Made by a program: the position numbers and the translations under genes. From the NCBI GenBank assembly GCA_038087875.1, contig CM076002.1:248001-312000 (forward strand): 64,000 nt of DNA, given 5' to 3'. The DNA is from Malacoraja senta (Eukaryota). This document shows positions 13,165-26,649 of the stretch, in pieces. Below the pieces are notes generated by a model. The model was not told the DNA's origin. It saw only the letters and a list, made by a program, of their open reading frames with translations, and did no database searches. Every line of letters begins with the position of its first letter. Position 1 is the first letter of the stretch.

Positions 13165-14473
13165 TCACATTATCTTAACCATATAACAATCACAGCAATG
13201 AAACAGGCCATCTCAGCCCTTCTAGTCCGTGCCGAACACTTACTCTCACCTAGTTCCATCTACCTGCACTCAGACCATAACCCTCCATTCCTTTCCCGTC
13301 CATATACCTATCCAATATATTTTTTAAATGATAAAATCGAACCTGCCTCCACCACTTCCACTGGAAGCTCATTCCTCACAACTACCACCCTCTGAGTAAA
13401 GAAGTTCCCCCTCATGTTACCCCTAAACTTCTGTCCCTTAATCATGTCCTCTTGTTTGAATCTTCCCTACTCTCAATTGAAAAAGCTTATCCACGTCAAC
13501 TCTGTTTATCCCTCTCATCATAACCTTCTGCGCTCCAAACAATAAAGACCTAACTTGTTCAACCTTTCTCTGTAACTTAGTTGCTGAAACCCAGGCAACA
13601 TTCTAGTAAATCTCCCTCTGTACTCTCTTTATTTTGTTTACATCTTTCCTATAATTTGACGACCAAAATTGTACACCATACTCCATAATTGGCTTCACCA
13701 ATGCCTTGTACAATTTTAACATTACATCCCAACTTCTATACTCAATGCTCTGATTTATAAAGGCCAGCACACCAAAAGCTTTCTTTACCACACTATCTAC
13801 ATGAGATTCCACCTTCAGGGAACTATGCACAGTTATTCCTCGATCCCTCTGTTCAACTGCATTCCTCAATTCGCTACCATTTACCATGTACGTCCTATTT
13901 TGATTTGTCCTGCCAAGATGTAGCACCTCACACTTATCAACATTAATCTCCATCTGCCATTTTTCAGCCCACTCTTCCAAATGGCCTAAATCTCTCTGTA
14001 GACTTTGAAAATCTATTTCATTATCCACAACACCACCTATCTAAATATCATCTGCATACTTACTAATCCAATTTACCACACCATCATCCAGATCATTGAT
14101 GTATATGACAAACAACAGTGAACCCAACACAGATCCCTCCAACCTGACAAACAGACATCCACCATTACTCTCTGGCATCTCCCATTCAGCCACTGTTCAA
14201 TCCATCTTTCTACTCCACCATTAATACCCAACAATTGAACCTTCTTAAACAACCTTCCATGTGGAACCTTGTCAAAGGCCTTACTGAAGTCCATATAGAC
14301 AACATCCACTGCTTTACCCTCATCAAACATGACCTCAACACCCTCAGTCAAACATGACCTTCCAGGCACAAATCCATGTTGACTGTTCCTAATCAGACCC
14401 TGTTGATCCAGATTCTTATATATATTATCTTTAAGTATCCTTTCTATTAATTTGCCCACCACTGACGTCAAAC
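13165..14473 (-). mobile_element. CR1 family B fragment inserted into the ERV between env and integrase
   Basis: Close match to 8683-10155; ORFs 13603-14028 and 14073-14471. Confidence 0.88.
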
Positions 14474-17400
14474 AACATTCTTGTTAGAACTCTGCTCTTC
14501 TCTCACTTCTTTGTCCTCCTGTTCACTTATCTCAGGGCTATTATCTAGTCGTACCTGCGGGCCAGCCCTCATGTAAGGATTGAAATGGTACCAGGTAGAT
14601 CAACCTTCTACCTGAACTGCGGTGGGTGGTTCGGAAAGCTCATACATACACCTCGTCTCCAGGTTTAAAGGGTCCTTCCTCCTGGTCCACCTCCAACTGC
14701 TTTTACTTTGCCTGTGCATAAATAGACGTGTATATCATAATTAACTGTTGCATATACTTCTTAACTTCTACCTGTAACTGTTCCAAACTCGGTCCCTTGT
14801 AGGGACCTCTCCATTGTGCCACCTACATAGGTCGGCCAGTAAGCATCTCATGTGGTGTTATGTGGGTTATTCGGTTAGTTTGCATGCAACATCTCTTCAG
14901 CGCCAATGGCAGGTCATTGATCCAATTCAACTTTGTAGTTACACAAATCTTATTTATATTAACCTTCAATGTTCCATTTAATCTTTCCACCATGCCCTGT
15001 GACTGCAGGTGTTACACACCCAAATCTGTGTTTTACTCTAAGGGCCTGTAGCACCAGCTTGACTACTCTCTGAAAGAAAACAATCCGTTGTCAAAGCTGA
15101 TTTCAGTAGGTCTACCAAACCTCTCGATTACCTCATTCATCAGAAACTTCACTACAGTCCCTGCACCTAAATCGATCCAAGCTTACCCTAGACGTAATAA
15201 CAGCTGATCATCTTCCAGATGCTGTTCTGACTGCTTCATCTGCACTTTGATTTCTCTTCTTATGTGCTTGGCATTTAATGACAGCTAGAGCCCCTGGCTT
15301 CATTATTGCCCTTATCAGGACTGTACTTTACTGCTAACTTTCCATGGGGTCTCCATTGCTTTTCTCAAAGCCTTTCTGTTTCCCTACTGCTCCAAACATG
15401 TGACAGACCCCATGAACATATGCTTAGTCGGTATAAACTTCAGCTTTCTCACCTTCCCTCATGTCACATGCTGCTCTTAAGCAAGATTGCAGGCTTCCAA
15501 TTTAATTACCTTAAAGTCTAATTCATCCTGATGCACCACTTCAAACCCTGCATAATTGCTATTATGATCCCTTTAACAAGAAACATCCACAAACAAAACC
15601 TTATTGTCCCCTTCATTCAAAGGCTCTGACTGTAAATCATTTCTCCGACTTGTGTGTCCTTCTTCCTTCATTATTTTCCTTAATGACATCACAATTTCAA
15701 CATACTTTCCAATCTAGTCTGAACTATATCCTGCCATTCCCAAGATCATCATCATCTGTCCTACTGTCTGAGGTTTGGAAACTTCAATTTGATCCTGCGC
15801 TATAGCTTTAACTTCTTTAGATATTACTCGTCCTGAATATTCTACCTACTGCTGACAAAACAGCAACTTCTTCCTGGATACTTTATGACCTCCTATGCCA
15901 TCTTTTCCAAGAGAATTAAAATGTCTCTCTCACATTTCTTCTCACTTGTGGAACAAACCAACAAATCATCCACATACTGTATCAAATACTTTCTAAGGGT
16001 ACACCTTCCAAATCTGCCTTTAACATCTGATTAAAAACATGGGGCTAGTATTTAAAACCCTGCCGCATCCTAGCCTAGGTGTACTTAATACCTCTTCTTA
16101 ATGTTCTTACCATAGCTATGTTCACAACTATCTTAATATAATAATTATTTCCTGATTACCATACCTGTTCACATCCCCAACACACCTTATCCATTACCTG
16201 TCTCCTTACTAGCCTTTCTTGACCTCCTCCTTGAGATCCCTCCCTTGGGAACCCCAGTCCTGTCTGGGCTTATATCCAGATTTATTTCACTCCTGATAGG
16301 GCATTTGAGGAAACGCTCCCCCAAAGACATTTATTATTGGCATGGGATTCTCTGGCCCCTGTTTGGCTCTGTCATAGGACTCGCTGTGTGTCGGTGCATC
16401 ACTTATTTCAGTCTTTTCAACCAGGTCTGTTGTTATTGACAACATTGCCTTTCTTTTTTCATGCTCTTTCTTTTTGAGCTCTTCAAGTTACATTTGCATC
16501 ATTTTTCTCTGCACCTCTTCCTGCTGGTCTGCAAGTCTTTTTCCTATCTTTGCAATATTTCTCGACCTTATTGACCAAATGATCGCTGAATCGAGGGTGG
16601 GAAACAGATGACAATCCCACCACCTCCTTCAATCTAGACTTGACTTTAGGAGGAATGACATCCACCACAGTGGTTCAGAATATAGTGTTCATTAACTGGT
16701 TGCCTTCTATTTCTTGTTCATTTTCAAGTCTCCACCTTTTCAGCTGGTTCTCCAGATAGGCTTCTGGATTATTTGCCTCTCCCAGTGGATCTCCCCTTTA
16801 TTCCTTGGCGTCCACCTTAAGTGGGTAACATTGTGTGAGGGCCTGCCATACACCCTCTGCCTGACTGTGTCAACAGCATGCCATTGTTTATTACATTGTT
16901 CACAGCATTTTTATACCAGCCATCTTCAGTAGTTCTGTCAGTTTAGTGGTTCCTATCACTTTCACCAACAGTGCCTTCAAATCTCCATAGCCAATAAGCA
17001 TCCCGCATTCTCCTCCTCCAAAGCCCTAATCCATTTCCTGCCCCATCAGGAATATTGGGTACGGTATTTTATAGCCCTCTCAGTTTATGGGTGCCCCAAA
17101 GGATAATCTGTGTCTGTCCTGCTCTTTTCTTTTTAAAGCAGTCTCATCAATTTATCCCTCTGCTTTCCACTTTAATCCTTTCTGGTATGCCTTCTTTCTT
17201 ATTCTAAACTCAATTTCTTACTTCTCAGATAGCCTAGCCTCCTTTGCAAATGCATTCACCTTTCTTTTAAAATCTTCCACTGACTCCTCCTGATTTATTA
17301 CTTTCACACCTGTTTCATACTTCTGTTACCTCCTCACTGCCTCTCTCTCCTTTTCTTTCTAAACTGCCTAAGTGCATCTAATTCCTTTCCTTTCCGCTTT

Positions 17401-18434
17401 TCCCACCTTATCTGTGGTCATATAATTCATAATTAACACTTCCATCTTGTCACACATTTATCTTGAAAGTGCCTTCCTTGGGCCACTTCCTCACAACTGT
17501 TTCTGAAAATCTCAGCAAACAATCATTACCCTTCTCCAACCAGAATGTTTATCTAAACGAACCACAAAAGCTGGTCATGTTTCAACAATTAACTTATTTC
17601 CAATTATTTCAATCCATTCTCACCACTATTTTAAATTTCCAATTCCTAGTACTAGTAACAATTTTCCAAATTAACTTTACTGAAAAGAAATATAAAAGAA
17701 ACATCAGAAAAACCAAGCAACCTATATTTTCCAACTTTCCCCTTTTAAGTTACGAGGATACAAAGTGTTAAACGTTACCTTACAGCAGTTCGTAACCTTC
17801 CCCATTGCTTACAATATCTTAAAGGAACACACACACATACCCTTACAGCATATGGACTACAACAAACAAAAGACTTATCACATATATGAACTTCCTCATT
17901 CATTCAAAACCGGTTTTTACACACAAATCACATTCGTTCCATTCTTACCTCAAAGAAATTATGCAATTTTCTACACAGATTAAAGTTTATATAAACAGAT
18001 TAACATTTATATAATTCTTATCTCCCTTTTTAGTTAAAGTAGGATGGTCTAATCCCCTATCAGTCAGGTACCTGAGCGCTGTGATTGGACATTGATTCAG
18101 ATCATGATTAGTCAGACTCACCATCACTCAAATTCTAACCACACCCCACTAAGATCACAACCAATCAAAATTCTAGTCACTCAACATCTGACCACACGCT
18201 CCACTCCCATTAATTTCCAGACAAAGGAAGCACATTTTGTCTTGATCTCTCAGTGGAGAGAATGCAGCAATTTTATCTCCACAAACAGTTAGGAAACTCA
18301 CTCCTTACACCTCCTCCATCCTCGTAGGCACAAAATAACCTTACACTATTCTTATTGCTATTCTACTTACTGCTATTCTACAATATTTTATCACTGTGTA
18401 CACTTTCTGTTACTCACTTACCTTAAATTCGTAT

Positions 18435-18763
18435 TTTGCCTGTACAAACCCTTACTCACCTAAGGTGGTATCCACAAAATACTTTATTCTGCCCGTATCC
18501 ACAGAAGCTTTATTCTGCCCGTACAAACCCGTGACCTCTCAGGGTGGTATCCACAGAATGCCTTATTCATCCCGTACAAACCCCTGACCTCTCAGGGTGG
18601 TATCCACAGAATGCCTTATTCTGCCCGTACAAACCCCTGACCTCTCAGGGTGGTATCCACAGAATGTCTTATTCTGCCCGTACAAACCCCTGATCTCAGG
18701 GTGGTATCCACAGAATACTTGCCTCGTCCATGCAAACCCCTGACCTCTCAGGGTGGTATCCAC
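18435..18763. repeat. 53-bp tandem repeat, about 6 copies, in the ERV 5' leader
   Basis: Unit GCCTTATTCTGCCCGTACAAACCCCTGACCTCTCAGGGTGGTATCCACAGAAT; GTGGTATCCAC recurs at 51-53 bp spacing. Confidence 0.92.
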
Positions 18764-19105
18764 GAGGTTTTAATACACTCTTAATACTGTCACATAATGC
18801 AATGCTGTACTTTCTTATCACAAATATTATTACTCACCACACAATGCAGCCTTCTCAGACAATCCTCCGGGCCTCCTTTTTAGAACAATTTAGTGCCAGA
18901 TTCTTGGGTCGGAGAGACCTTCTAACTGCCTAGGCACTTCTGTGCCCCAATGGCTTCCCATGTTCAACAGGTAATTAGTCCAAATGAAGCGGAAAACCGC
19001 ATAATTTTATAGGTGGCCACCCTTTTCCTGTTGTCCTTAGGAGCCAAAGAAGGGGCTGGGAAACGCCCTGGGCTGTTTTGTCTTTTAATCAACGGTCTCT
19101 TACCG

Positions 19106-19123
19106 ACCCTGCTTGCTGCGCCA
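19106..19123 (-). promoter_or_regulatory. ERV primer-binding site, tRNA-Ser type
   Basis: Minus strand TGGCGCAGCAAGCAGGGT, 4 nt after the LTR end (...CATGACA). One mismatch to the complement of the vertebrate tRNA-Ser(TGA) 3' end as I recall it (TGGCGCAGCGAGCAGGGT). Confidence 0.8.
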
Positions 19124-19571
19124 ATTTTGTCATGGTTTTAAGACTCAAAGCTTGGATAAGATGACACAGACACGGAGAATCCTTCAAGAAGACGAAAAGC
19201 TTTTATTTGCAAATATTCGGCTGGAACATTCAGAGATGACACCACCTGTCCGTCTCCAATTGCTCTCTGATCCACAGAAACAAGCAGCTTTTTATTACAC
19301 ACTTTCAGCCTTATCTTCGGCTACTTGGCATGCATGCTTCTGTAACTTTAATCTCTCACTATGTCCTTGCCCGTTAACTTTAATTCTGAGCCTACCATGG
19401 TGTTCTAGCTAAAGCAAAATAAAAAATAAGAAGCAACTTGTTTTTGTGCCTTGATGTCTGATCACATAAAAAATAGCTGACATCTGTGAGCTTTAATAAA
19501 TGTTTTAAGCATATTGGTTATATGTCTACACACAAAGATACAAATGGTGCAGAAAGTAAAAGTAAGAAGTA

Positions 19572-19818
19572 GGTACACAAAAATGCTGGAGAAACTTAGC
19601 GGGTGCAGCAGCATCTATGGAGCGAAGGAAATAGGCAACGTTTTGGGCCAAAACCCTTCTTCAGACTGATAGGGGGTGAGGAGAAGAAAGGAAAAAAGGA
19701 AAAAAGGCGGAGGTGGAGCCCGAGGGCTGAGGGATGGGAGGAGACAACCAGAGGGCTGATGAAGGGGAGGAGACAGCAAGGGCTAGCAAAATTGGGAGAA
19801 TTCAATGTTCATGCCCCC
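19572..19818 (-). mobile_element. Penelope-like element 3' fragment inserted in the ERV 5' LTR
   Basis: Minus strand GMNIEFSQFC* ORF end followed by CTGAAGAAGGGTTTTGGCCCAAAACGTT. 14-bp duplication AAAAGTAAGAAGTA at 19558-19571 and 19819-19832. Confidence 0.78.
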
Positions 19819-20119
19819 AAAAGTAAGAAGTAACCTTTTTAATCTTCTATATTACTTCTATATAGTCTTCTATATAACTCATTTGCATCAATCTGTCTTT
19901 TATTCTAGCATTCACTGTCTTGCTACCATTATGTTTCAGTTAAAGCCAAGGTTTGACGACACCATTTTGTACTGTTACATATTGGTTTATATGTTTTACA
20001 CACAAAGGATACAAATGTATTTGTTAAGAATACAGATACAAAAGTAAAAATAGGTAACTTGTTTAGTGCCTTGATTACTAGATAAATGTTTTAATTAAGT
20101 GTTCTTCTATATAACTTCT

Positions 20120-23100
20120 ATACTAGCACCCTCCTCACAGCTAACACTGCCCCCCAGCTTCGTGTCATCCGCAAACTTGGAGATGTTGCATTCAATTCCC
20201 TCGTCCAAATCATTAATATATATTGTAAATAGCTGGAGTCCCAGCACTGAGCCTTGCGGTACCACACTAGTCACTGCCTGCCATTCTGAAAAGGACCCGT
20301 TTACTCCTACTCTTTGCTTCCTGTCTGCCAGCCAGTTCTCTATCCACATCAATACTGAACCCCCAATACCGTATGCTTTAAGTTTGTATATTAATCTCTT
20401 ATGTGGGACCTTGTCGAAAGCCTTCTGAAAGTCCAGATATAACACATCAACTGGTTCTCCCTTATCCACTCGACTAGTTACATCCTCGAAAATTTCTATA
20501 AATTTGTCAGCCATGATTTACCTTTCATAAATCCATGCTGACTTTGTCCAATAATTTTCACCATTTTCCAAATGTGCTGCTATCACATCTTTAATAACTG
20601 ACTCTTGCAGTTTCCCCACTAACGATGTTAGACTAACTGGTCTGTAATTCCCTGATTTCTCTCTCCCTCCCTTTTTAAAAAGTGGGGTTACATTAGCTAC
20701 CCTCCAATCCTCAGGATCTACTCCAGAATCTAAATAGTTTTGAAAAATTATCACTAATGCATCCACTATTTTTGGGGCTACTTCATTAAGTACTCTGGGA
20801 TGCAGCCTATCTGGTCCTGGGGATTTATCCGCCTTTAATCCATTCAATTTACCTAACACCACTTGCCGGCTAACCTGGATTTCACTCAGTTCCTCCATCT
20901 CATTTGACCTCCGGTCCCCTGCTATTTCCGGCAGATTAATTAAGTCTTCCTTAGTGAAGACAGAACCAAAGTAGTTATTCAATTGGTTTGCCATGTCCTT
21001 GTTCCCCATGATCAATTCACCTGTTTCTGACTGCAAGGGACCTACATTTGTTTAACTAATCTTTTTCTCTTCACATATCTATAAAACTTTTGCAGTCAGT
21101 TTTTATGTTCCCTGCCAGTTTTCTTTCAGAATCTGTTTTTCCTTTCCTAATTAAACCCTTTGTCCTCCTCTGCTGGACTCTGAATTTCTCCCAGTCCTCT
21201 GGTAGGCTGCTTTTTCTGGCTAATTTGTATGCTTCATCTTTTGTTTTGATACTATCCCTGATTTACCTTGTTATCCACGGATGCACTACCTTCCCTGATT
21301 TATTCTTTTGCCAAACTGGGATGAACAATTGTTGTAGTTCATCCATGCAGCCTTTAAATGCCTTCCATTACATATCCACCGTCAATCCTTTAAGAATCAA
21401 TTGCCAGTCTACCTTGGCCAATTCACGTCTCATACCGTCAAAGTTACCTTTCTTTAAGTTCAGAACCCTTGTTTCTGAATTATTTATGTCACTCTCCATC
21501 CTAATGAAGAACTCAACCATATTATGGTCACTCTTGCCCAAGGGGCCACGCACAACAAGACTGCTAACTAACCCTTCCTCATTACTCAATACCCAGTCTA
21601 GAATAGCCTGCTCTCTCGTTCGTTCCTCTACATGTTGATTTTGAAAACTATCCCGCATACATTCCAAGAAATCCTCTTCCTCAGCACCCCTGCAATTTGA
21701 TTCATCCAATCTATTTGTAGATTGAAGTCACCCATTATAATTGTTTTACCTTTGTTGCACACATTTCCAATTTCTTGTTTGATGCCATCCCGAACTCCAC
21801 TACTACTGTTAGGTGGCCTGTACACAACTCCTACTAGCGTTTTCTGCCCCTTAGTGTTTCGCAGCTCTACCCATATTGATTCCACATCCTCCAAGCTAAT
21901 GTCCTTCCTTTCTATTGCATTAATCTCCTCTCTAACCAGCAACGCTACCCCACCTCCTTTTCCTTTCTGTCTATCCTTCCTGAATATTGAATATCCCTGG
22001 ATGTTCATCTCCCAACCTTGGTCACCCTGGAGCCATGTCTCCGTGATCCCAACTATATCATAGTCATTAATAGCTATCTGCACATTCAACTCATCCACCT
22101 TATTACGAATGCTCCTTGCATTGAGACACAAAGCCTTCAGGTTTGTTTTTACAACACTCTTACCCCTTATACAATTATGTTGAAAAATGGCCCTTTTTGA
22201 TTTTTGCCCTGGATTTCTCTGCCTACCACTTTTACTTTTCACCTTGCTACCTATTGCTTCTACCCTCATTTTACACCCCTCTGTCTCTCTGCTCACACAT
22301 TTAAGAAACCCACCACCTCTTGTTCTCTGTTTATTATCTTTTTCTTCTTTCCCCCCTACATGTTGGGTCTGAGTGCTTCCCTTCTCTCCCTCCTGCATCA
22401 CACACTGTCTTCTAGCTTTCTCTATTTGAGTCCCTCCCCCCAACCGTTCTAGTTTAAAGTCTCCCCAGTAGCCTTTGCAAATCTCCCCGCCAGTATATTG
22501 GTCCCCCTCGGGTTCAAGTGCAACCCGTCCTTTTTGTACAGGTCACAACTTCCCCAAATGAGGTTCCAATGATCCAGAAATTTGAATCCCTGCCCACTGC
22601 ACCAGTCCTTCAGCCACGCATTTATCCTCCACCTCGCTCCATTCCTACTCTCACTGTCACGTGGCACAGGCAGTAATCCTGAGATTGTTACCTTTGCGGT
22701 CCTTTTCCTTAACTCTCTTCCTAACTCCCTAAATTCTCCTTTCAGGACCTCTTCCCTTTTTCTACCTATGTCATTGGTACCTATATGTACCATGACCTCG
22801 GGCTCCTCTCCCTCCCATTTCAGGATATCTTGGACACGTTCAGACACATCCCAGACCCTGGCACCAGGGAGGCAAACTACCATCCGGGTCTCCTGACTGC
22901 GTCCACAGAATCGCCTATCTGACCCCCTAAGTATAGAGTCCCCTATTACTACTGCCCTCCTCTTCTTTTCCTTACCGCTCTGAGCAACAGGGCCGGTCTC
23001 TGTACCGGAGGCCCGGCCGCTGTTGCTACCCCCAGGTAGGCTGTCCCCCCCAACAGTACTCAAACAGGAGTACTTATTGTCAAGGTGTACAGCCACCGGG

Positions 23101-23450
23101 GTACTCTCTAGTCCCTGCCTCTGCCCCTTGCCCCTCCTAACTGTGACCCACTTGTCTGCCTCCTGTGGTCTTGGAGTGACCAACTCTCTATAACTCCTCT
23201 CTATGACCTCCTCACTCTCCCTGACCAGACGGAGGTCATCGAGCTGCTGCTCCAGGTTCCTAATACGGTCCCTTAGGAGCCCCATCTCGACGCACCTGGC
23301 GCAGATGTGGACGTCTGGAGGGCTATCAGACCCCATGCCTTCCCACATCTGACATCCAGAACAGTAAACTGACACAACCCTCTAGAGACACAACCCTCCA
23401 GTTTTTCGGCACCTCTCCTATATTTAAAGATAACTCGTAAAAATTTAAAC
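20120..23450 (-). mobile_element. CR1 family A with complete ORF1 and 5' part of ORF2; 3' end lost
   Basis: ORF1 22449-23375; APE ORF 21628-22443 (NARSIRNK, GITETWL, YRPP, MGDFN); RT fragments ending just after FADDTKLGG at about 20120. Confidence 0.92.
22449..23375 (-). CDS. CR1 ORF1p: CxxC/CxxC zinc finger, coiled coil, SGNH/GDSL esterase
   Basis: CSGC...CARC; VIGDS, HIGTND and DGLH blocks all present. Confidence 0.88.
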   Translation of the reverse strand: MSVYCSGCQMWEGMGSDSPPDVHICARCVEMGLLRDRIRNLEQQLDDLRLVRESEEVIERSYRELVTPRPQEADKWVTVRRGKGQRQGLESTPVAVHLDNKYSCLSTVGGDSLPGGSNSGRASGTETGPVAQSGKEKKRRAVVIGDSILRGSDRRFCGRSQETRMVVCLPGARVWDVSERVQDILKWEGEEPEVMVHIGTNDIGRKREEVLKGEFRELGRELRKRTAKVTISGLLPVPRDSESRNGARWRINAWLKDWCSGQGFKFLDHWNLIWGSCDLYKKDGLHLNPRGTNILAGRFAKATGETLN

Positions 23451-23472
23451 CAGGGCTCCTGCAATTTCCTCT

Positions 23473-24960
23473 CTAGTTTCCCACAATGTCCTCAGGTATA
23501 TCTGATCTGGCCCTGGAGATTTGTCTACCTTCATAAACGATAGTACCATCACCAGCTCTTAGACCATAATACTGACTGCTCACAAGACACTTCCATTTAC
23601 TGCCCCAAGTTCCTCCATCCTCCTGTTTTTCTCTACGGTAAAAAACAGAACAGTCATTCTCATTGAGCTCCTTGCCCATCTCCTGTGGCTCCACACATTG
23701 ACTGCTTTGATTACTGAGGGGTCCCACTCTCTCTCTGGTCACCCTTTTTCTACCTGCCTGCATTTGGTCAATATCCCTCCAAATCTGTCCTATCCATGTA
23801 CCTGTCTAACTATTTCTTATACGTCTCGATAATCCTCAACTACCTCCACTGGCAGCTTGTTCCATACATCCACCACTCTTTGTGTGAAAAAGTTACTCCT
23901 CAGATTCCTATTAAATCTTTTCCCCTTCACCAGAAACCTATGTCCTCTGGTCCTCGATTCCCCTACTCTGGTCAACTTGAGCAGGTTAGCAAGACACAAC
24001 CTGCCGCGTACAAACCCACGCTGACTGTCCACAATTAACCCATTCTCTTCCAATGTTCTATAGATTCAGGATCAGTTCCTGTGGATTGGAGGGTAGCTAA
24101 TGTTATCCTACTTTTTAAGAAAGGCGGGAGAGAGAAAACAGGATTATAGACCAGTTAGCCTGACATCGGTGGTGGGGAAAATGCTGGAATCTATTCTAAA
24201 AGCTGTAATAGCGGCACATTTGGATAGCAGTAACAGGATCGGTCCGAGTCAGCATGGATTTACAAAGGGGAAATCATGCTTGACTAATCTGGAATTTTTT
24301 GAGGATGTAACAAGGAAAATGGACAAGGGAGAGCCAGTGGATGTAGTGTACCTGGACTTTCAGAAAGCATTTGTTAAGGTCCCACATAGGAGATTAGTGG
24401 GCATAATTAGGGCACATGGTATTGGGGGTAGAGTGCTGCCATGGATAGAAAATTGGTTGGCAGACAGGAAACAAAGAGTAGGGATTAACGGGTCCCTTTC
24501 GGAATGGCAGGCAGTGACTAGTGGGGTACCGCATGGCTCGGTGCTGGGACCGCAGCTATTTACAATATAAATCAATGATTTAGATGAAGGGATTCAAAGT
24601 GACATTAGCAATTTTGCAGATGACACAAAGCTGGGTGGCAGTGTGAACTGTGAGGAAGATGCTATGAGAATGCAGGGTGACTTGGACAGGTTGGGTGAGT
24701 GGGCAGATGCATGGCAGATGAAGTTTAATGTGGATAAATGTGAGGTTATCCACTTTGTTAGCAAAAACAGGAAGGCAGATTACTACCTAAATGGTGTCAA
24801 GTTGGGAAAAGAAGAAGTACAATGGGATCTGGGGGTCCTTGTACTTCAGTCAATGGAAGTACAGCAGGCAGCAGGCAGTGAAGAAAGCGAAAGACATGTT
24901 GGCCTTTATAACAAGAGGAGTTGAGTATAGGAGCAAAGAGGTCCTTCTGCAGTTGTATAG
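23473..24960. mobile_element. Decayed CR1 pieces (minus, 23473-24050) and a plus-strand CR1 RT fragment (24050-24960)
   Basis: [17 protein letters not shown] and SGVPHGSVLGP in ORF 24100-24570; TRGH fragment on the minus strand. Confidence 0.8.
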
Positions 24961-26502
24961 TTCAAGTTCAAGTGAGTTTATTGTCATGTGCCCCTGATAG
25001 GACAATGAAATTCTTGCTTTGCTTCAGCACAACAGAACATAATAAGCATTGACTACAAAACAGATCAGTGTGTCCCCATAACATTATATAAATATATACA
25101 CACATGAATAAATAAACTGATAAAGTGCAAATAACAGATAATGGGCTATTAATGTTCAGAGTTTTGTCCGAGCCAAGTTTAATAGCCTGATTGCTGTGGG
25201 GAAGTAGCTATTCCTGAACATGGTCGTTGCACTCTTCCGGCTCCTGTACCTTCTACCTGAAGGTAGCAGGGAGATGAGTGTGTGGCCAGGATGGTGTGGG
25301 TCGATGATACTGCCAGCCTTTTTGAGGCAGCGACTGCAATAGGTCCCCTCGATGGAAGGGAGGTCAGAGCCGATGATGGACTGGGCAATGTTTACTACTT
25401 TTTGTACTCTTTTCCTCTCCAGGGCGCACAAGTTGCCGAACCAAGCCATGATGCAACCGGTCAGCATGCTCTCTACTGTGCACCTGTAGAAGTTAGAGAG
25501 AGTCCTCCTTGACAAACCGACTCTCCGTAATCTTCTCAGGAAGTAGAGGCGCTGATGTGCTTTCTTAATAATTGCATTAGTGTTCTCGTACCAGGAAAGA
25601 TCTTCAGAGATGTGCACGCCCAGGAATTTGAAGCTCTTGACCCTTACAACCATCGACCCTTTGATATAAACAGGACTGTGGGTCCCCATCCTACTCCTTC
25701 CAAAGTTCACAATCAGTACCTTGGTTTTGCTGGTGTTGAGGGCCAGTTTATTGTGCTGGCACCATATGGACAGTTGCTCGATCTCTCTTCTGTACTCTGA
25801 CTCATCCCCATCAGTGATACGTCCCACAACAGTGGTGTCGTCAGCGAACTTGTTGATGGAGTTCGCACTATGACCGGCTACGCAGTCATGAGTATAGAGT
25901 GAGTACAGCAGGGGGCTGAGCACGCAGCCTTGAGGTGCTCCCGTGCTGATTGTTATCGAGGCTGACAAATTTCCACCAATACGAACAGACTGTGGTCTGA
26001 GAATGAGGAAGTCGAGGATCCAATTGCAGAGGGATGCGCAGAGACCCAGTTCTGCGAGTTTGGTAACCAGCTTGGAGGGGATGATTGTATTAAATGCCAA
26101 GCTGTAATCAATGAATAACAGCCTGACATATGAGTTTTTGTTGTCCAAGTGGTCCAGAGCGGAGTGGAAGGCCAGCGAGATCGCATCCACCGTTGATCTG
26201 TTGTGGCGGTATGCGAGCTGCAGTTGGTCCAGGTTTTTGTCGAGGTAGGAGTTGATTTGCGCCATGATCAACCTCTCAAAGCACTTCATCACCACAGGCG
26301 TTAGTGCCACAGGTCGATAGTCATTGAGGCACGTCACCTTACTCTTCTTGGGCACTGGTATAATTGATGCCCTTTTGAAGCAGGTGGGAACCTCAGACCT
26401 CAGAAGTGAGAGGTTGAAAATGTTCATAAAAACTCCAGCCAGTTGGTCCGCACAGGTTTTTAGAACACGACCAGGTATACCATCGTGTCCAGGCGCTTTT
26501 CG
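24961..26502 (-). mobile_element. Rex1/Babar-type LINE, 5'-truncated, with an uninterrupted 423-aa RT ORF (25156-26427)
   Basis: [66 protein letters not shown]-type tail at 24961. Confidence 0.9.
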
Positions 26503-26649
26503 CGTGACTCCGAAGTAAAATCTAGTACAGGTATAGTCCAGTGTTTGGAATTAGCCTTCCCTCAACTCAGACTATCCTTATACGTTCTCACAACTACTTA
26601 GGAACTTACTGAGATACGGCCACTAATGCCAAAGTGCTCACCAACTGAC

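Larger units (their letters stand above)
12287..20119 (-). mobile_element. Internally deleted, decayed class I (gamma/epsilon-like) endogenous retrovirus: LTR-PBS-gag-pol-env-PPT-LTR
   Basis: LTR copies begin at 12287 and 19128 (TGTCRTGGTTTTAAGACTCAAA...). Minus-strand translation gives gag WPKEGTF (17465-17485), RT LIQYVDDLLV (about 15955-15985), integrase QSQGMVERLNGTLK (about 14960-15005) and env TM GVCVLFGEQCFIFIRNNTSPEGSFTKAM (about 13025-13110) plus a membrane anchor (12711-12965). PPT-like GGGGTGGGAT near 12655-12663. Confidence 0.88.

Noticed and set aside
18435..18763. CRISPR-like array of palindromic repeats
   Set aside because: No unique spacers, no cas genes, eukaryotic retroviral context; it is a plain tandem repeat.
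22449..23375. Stand-alone host esterase or lipase gene
   Set aside because: It is the known SGNH-esterase ORF1 of a CR1 element, directly followed by ORF2.
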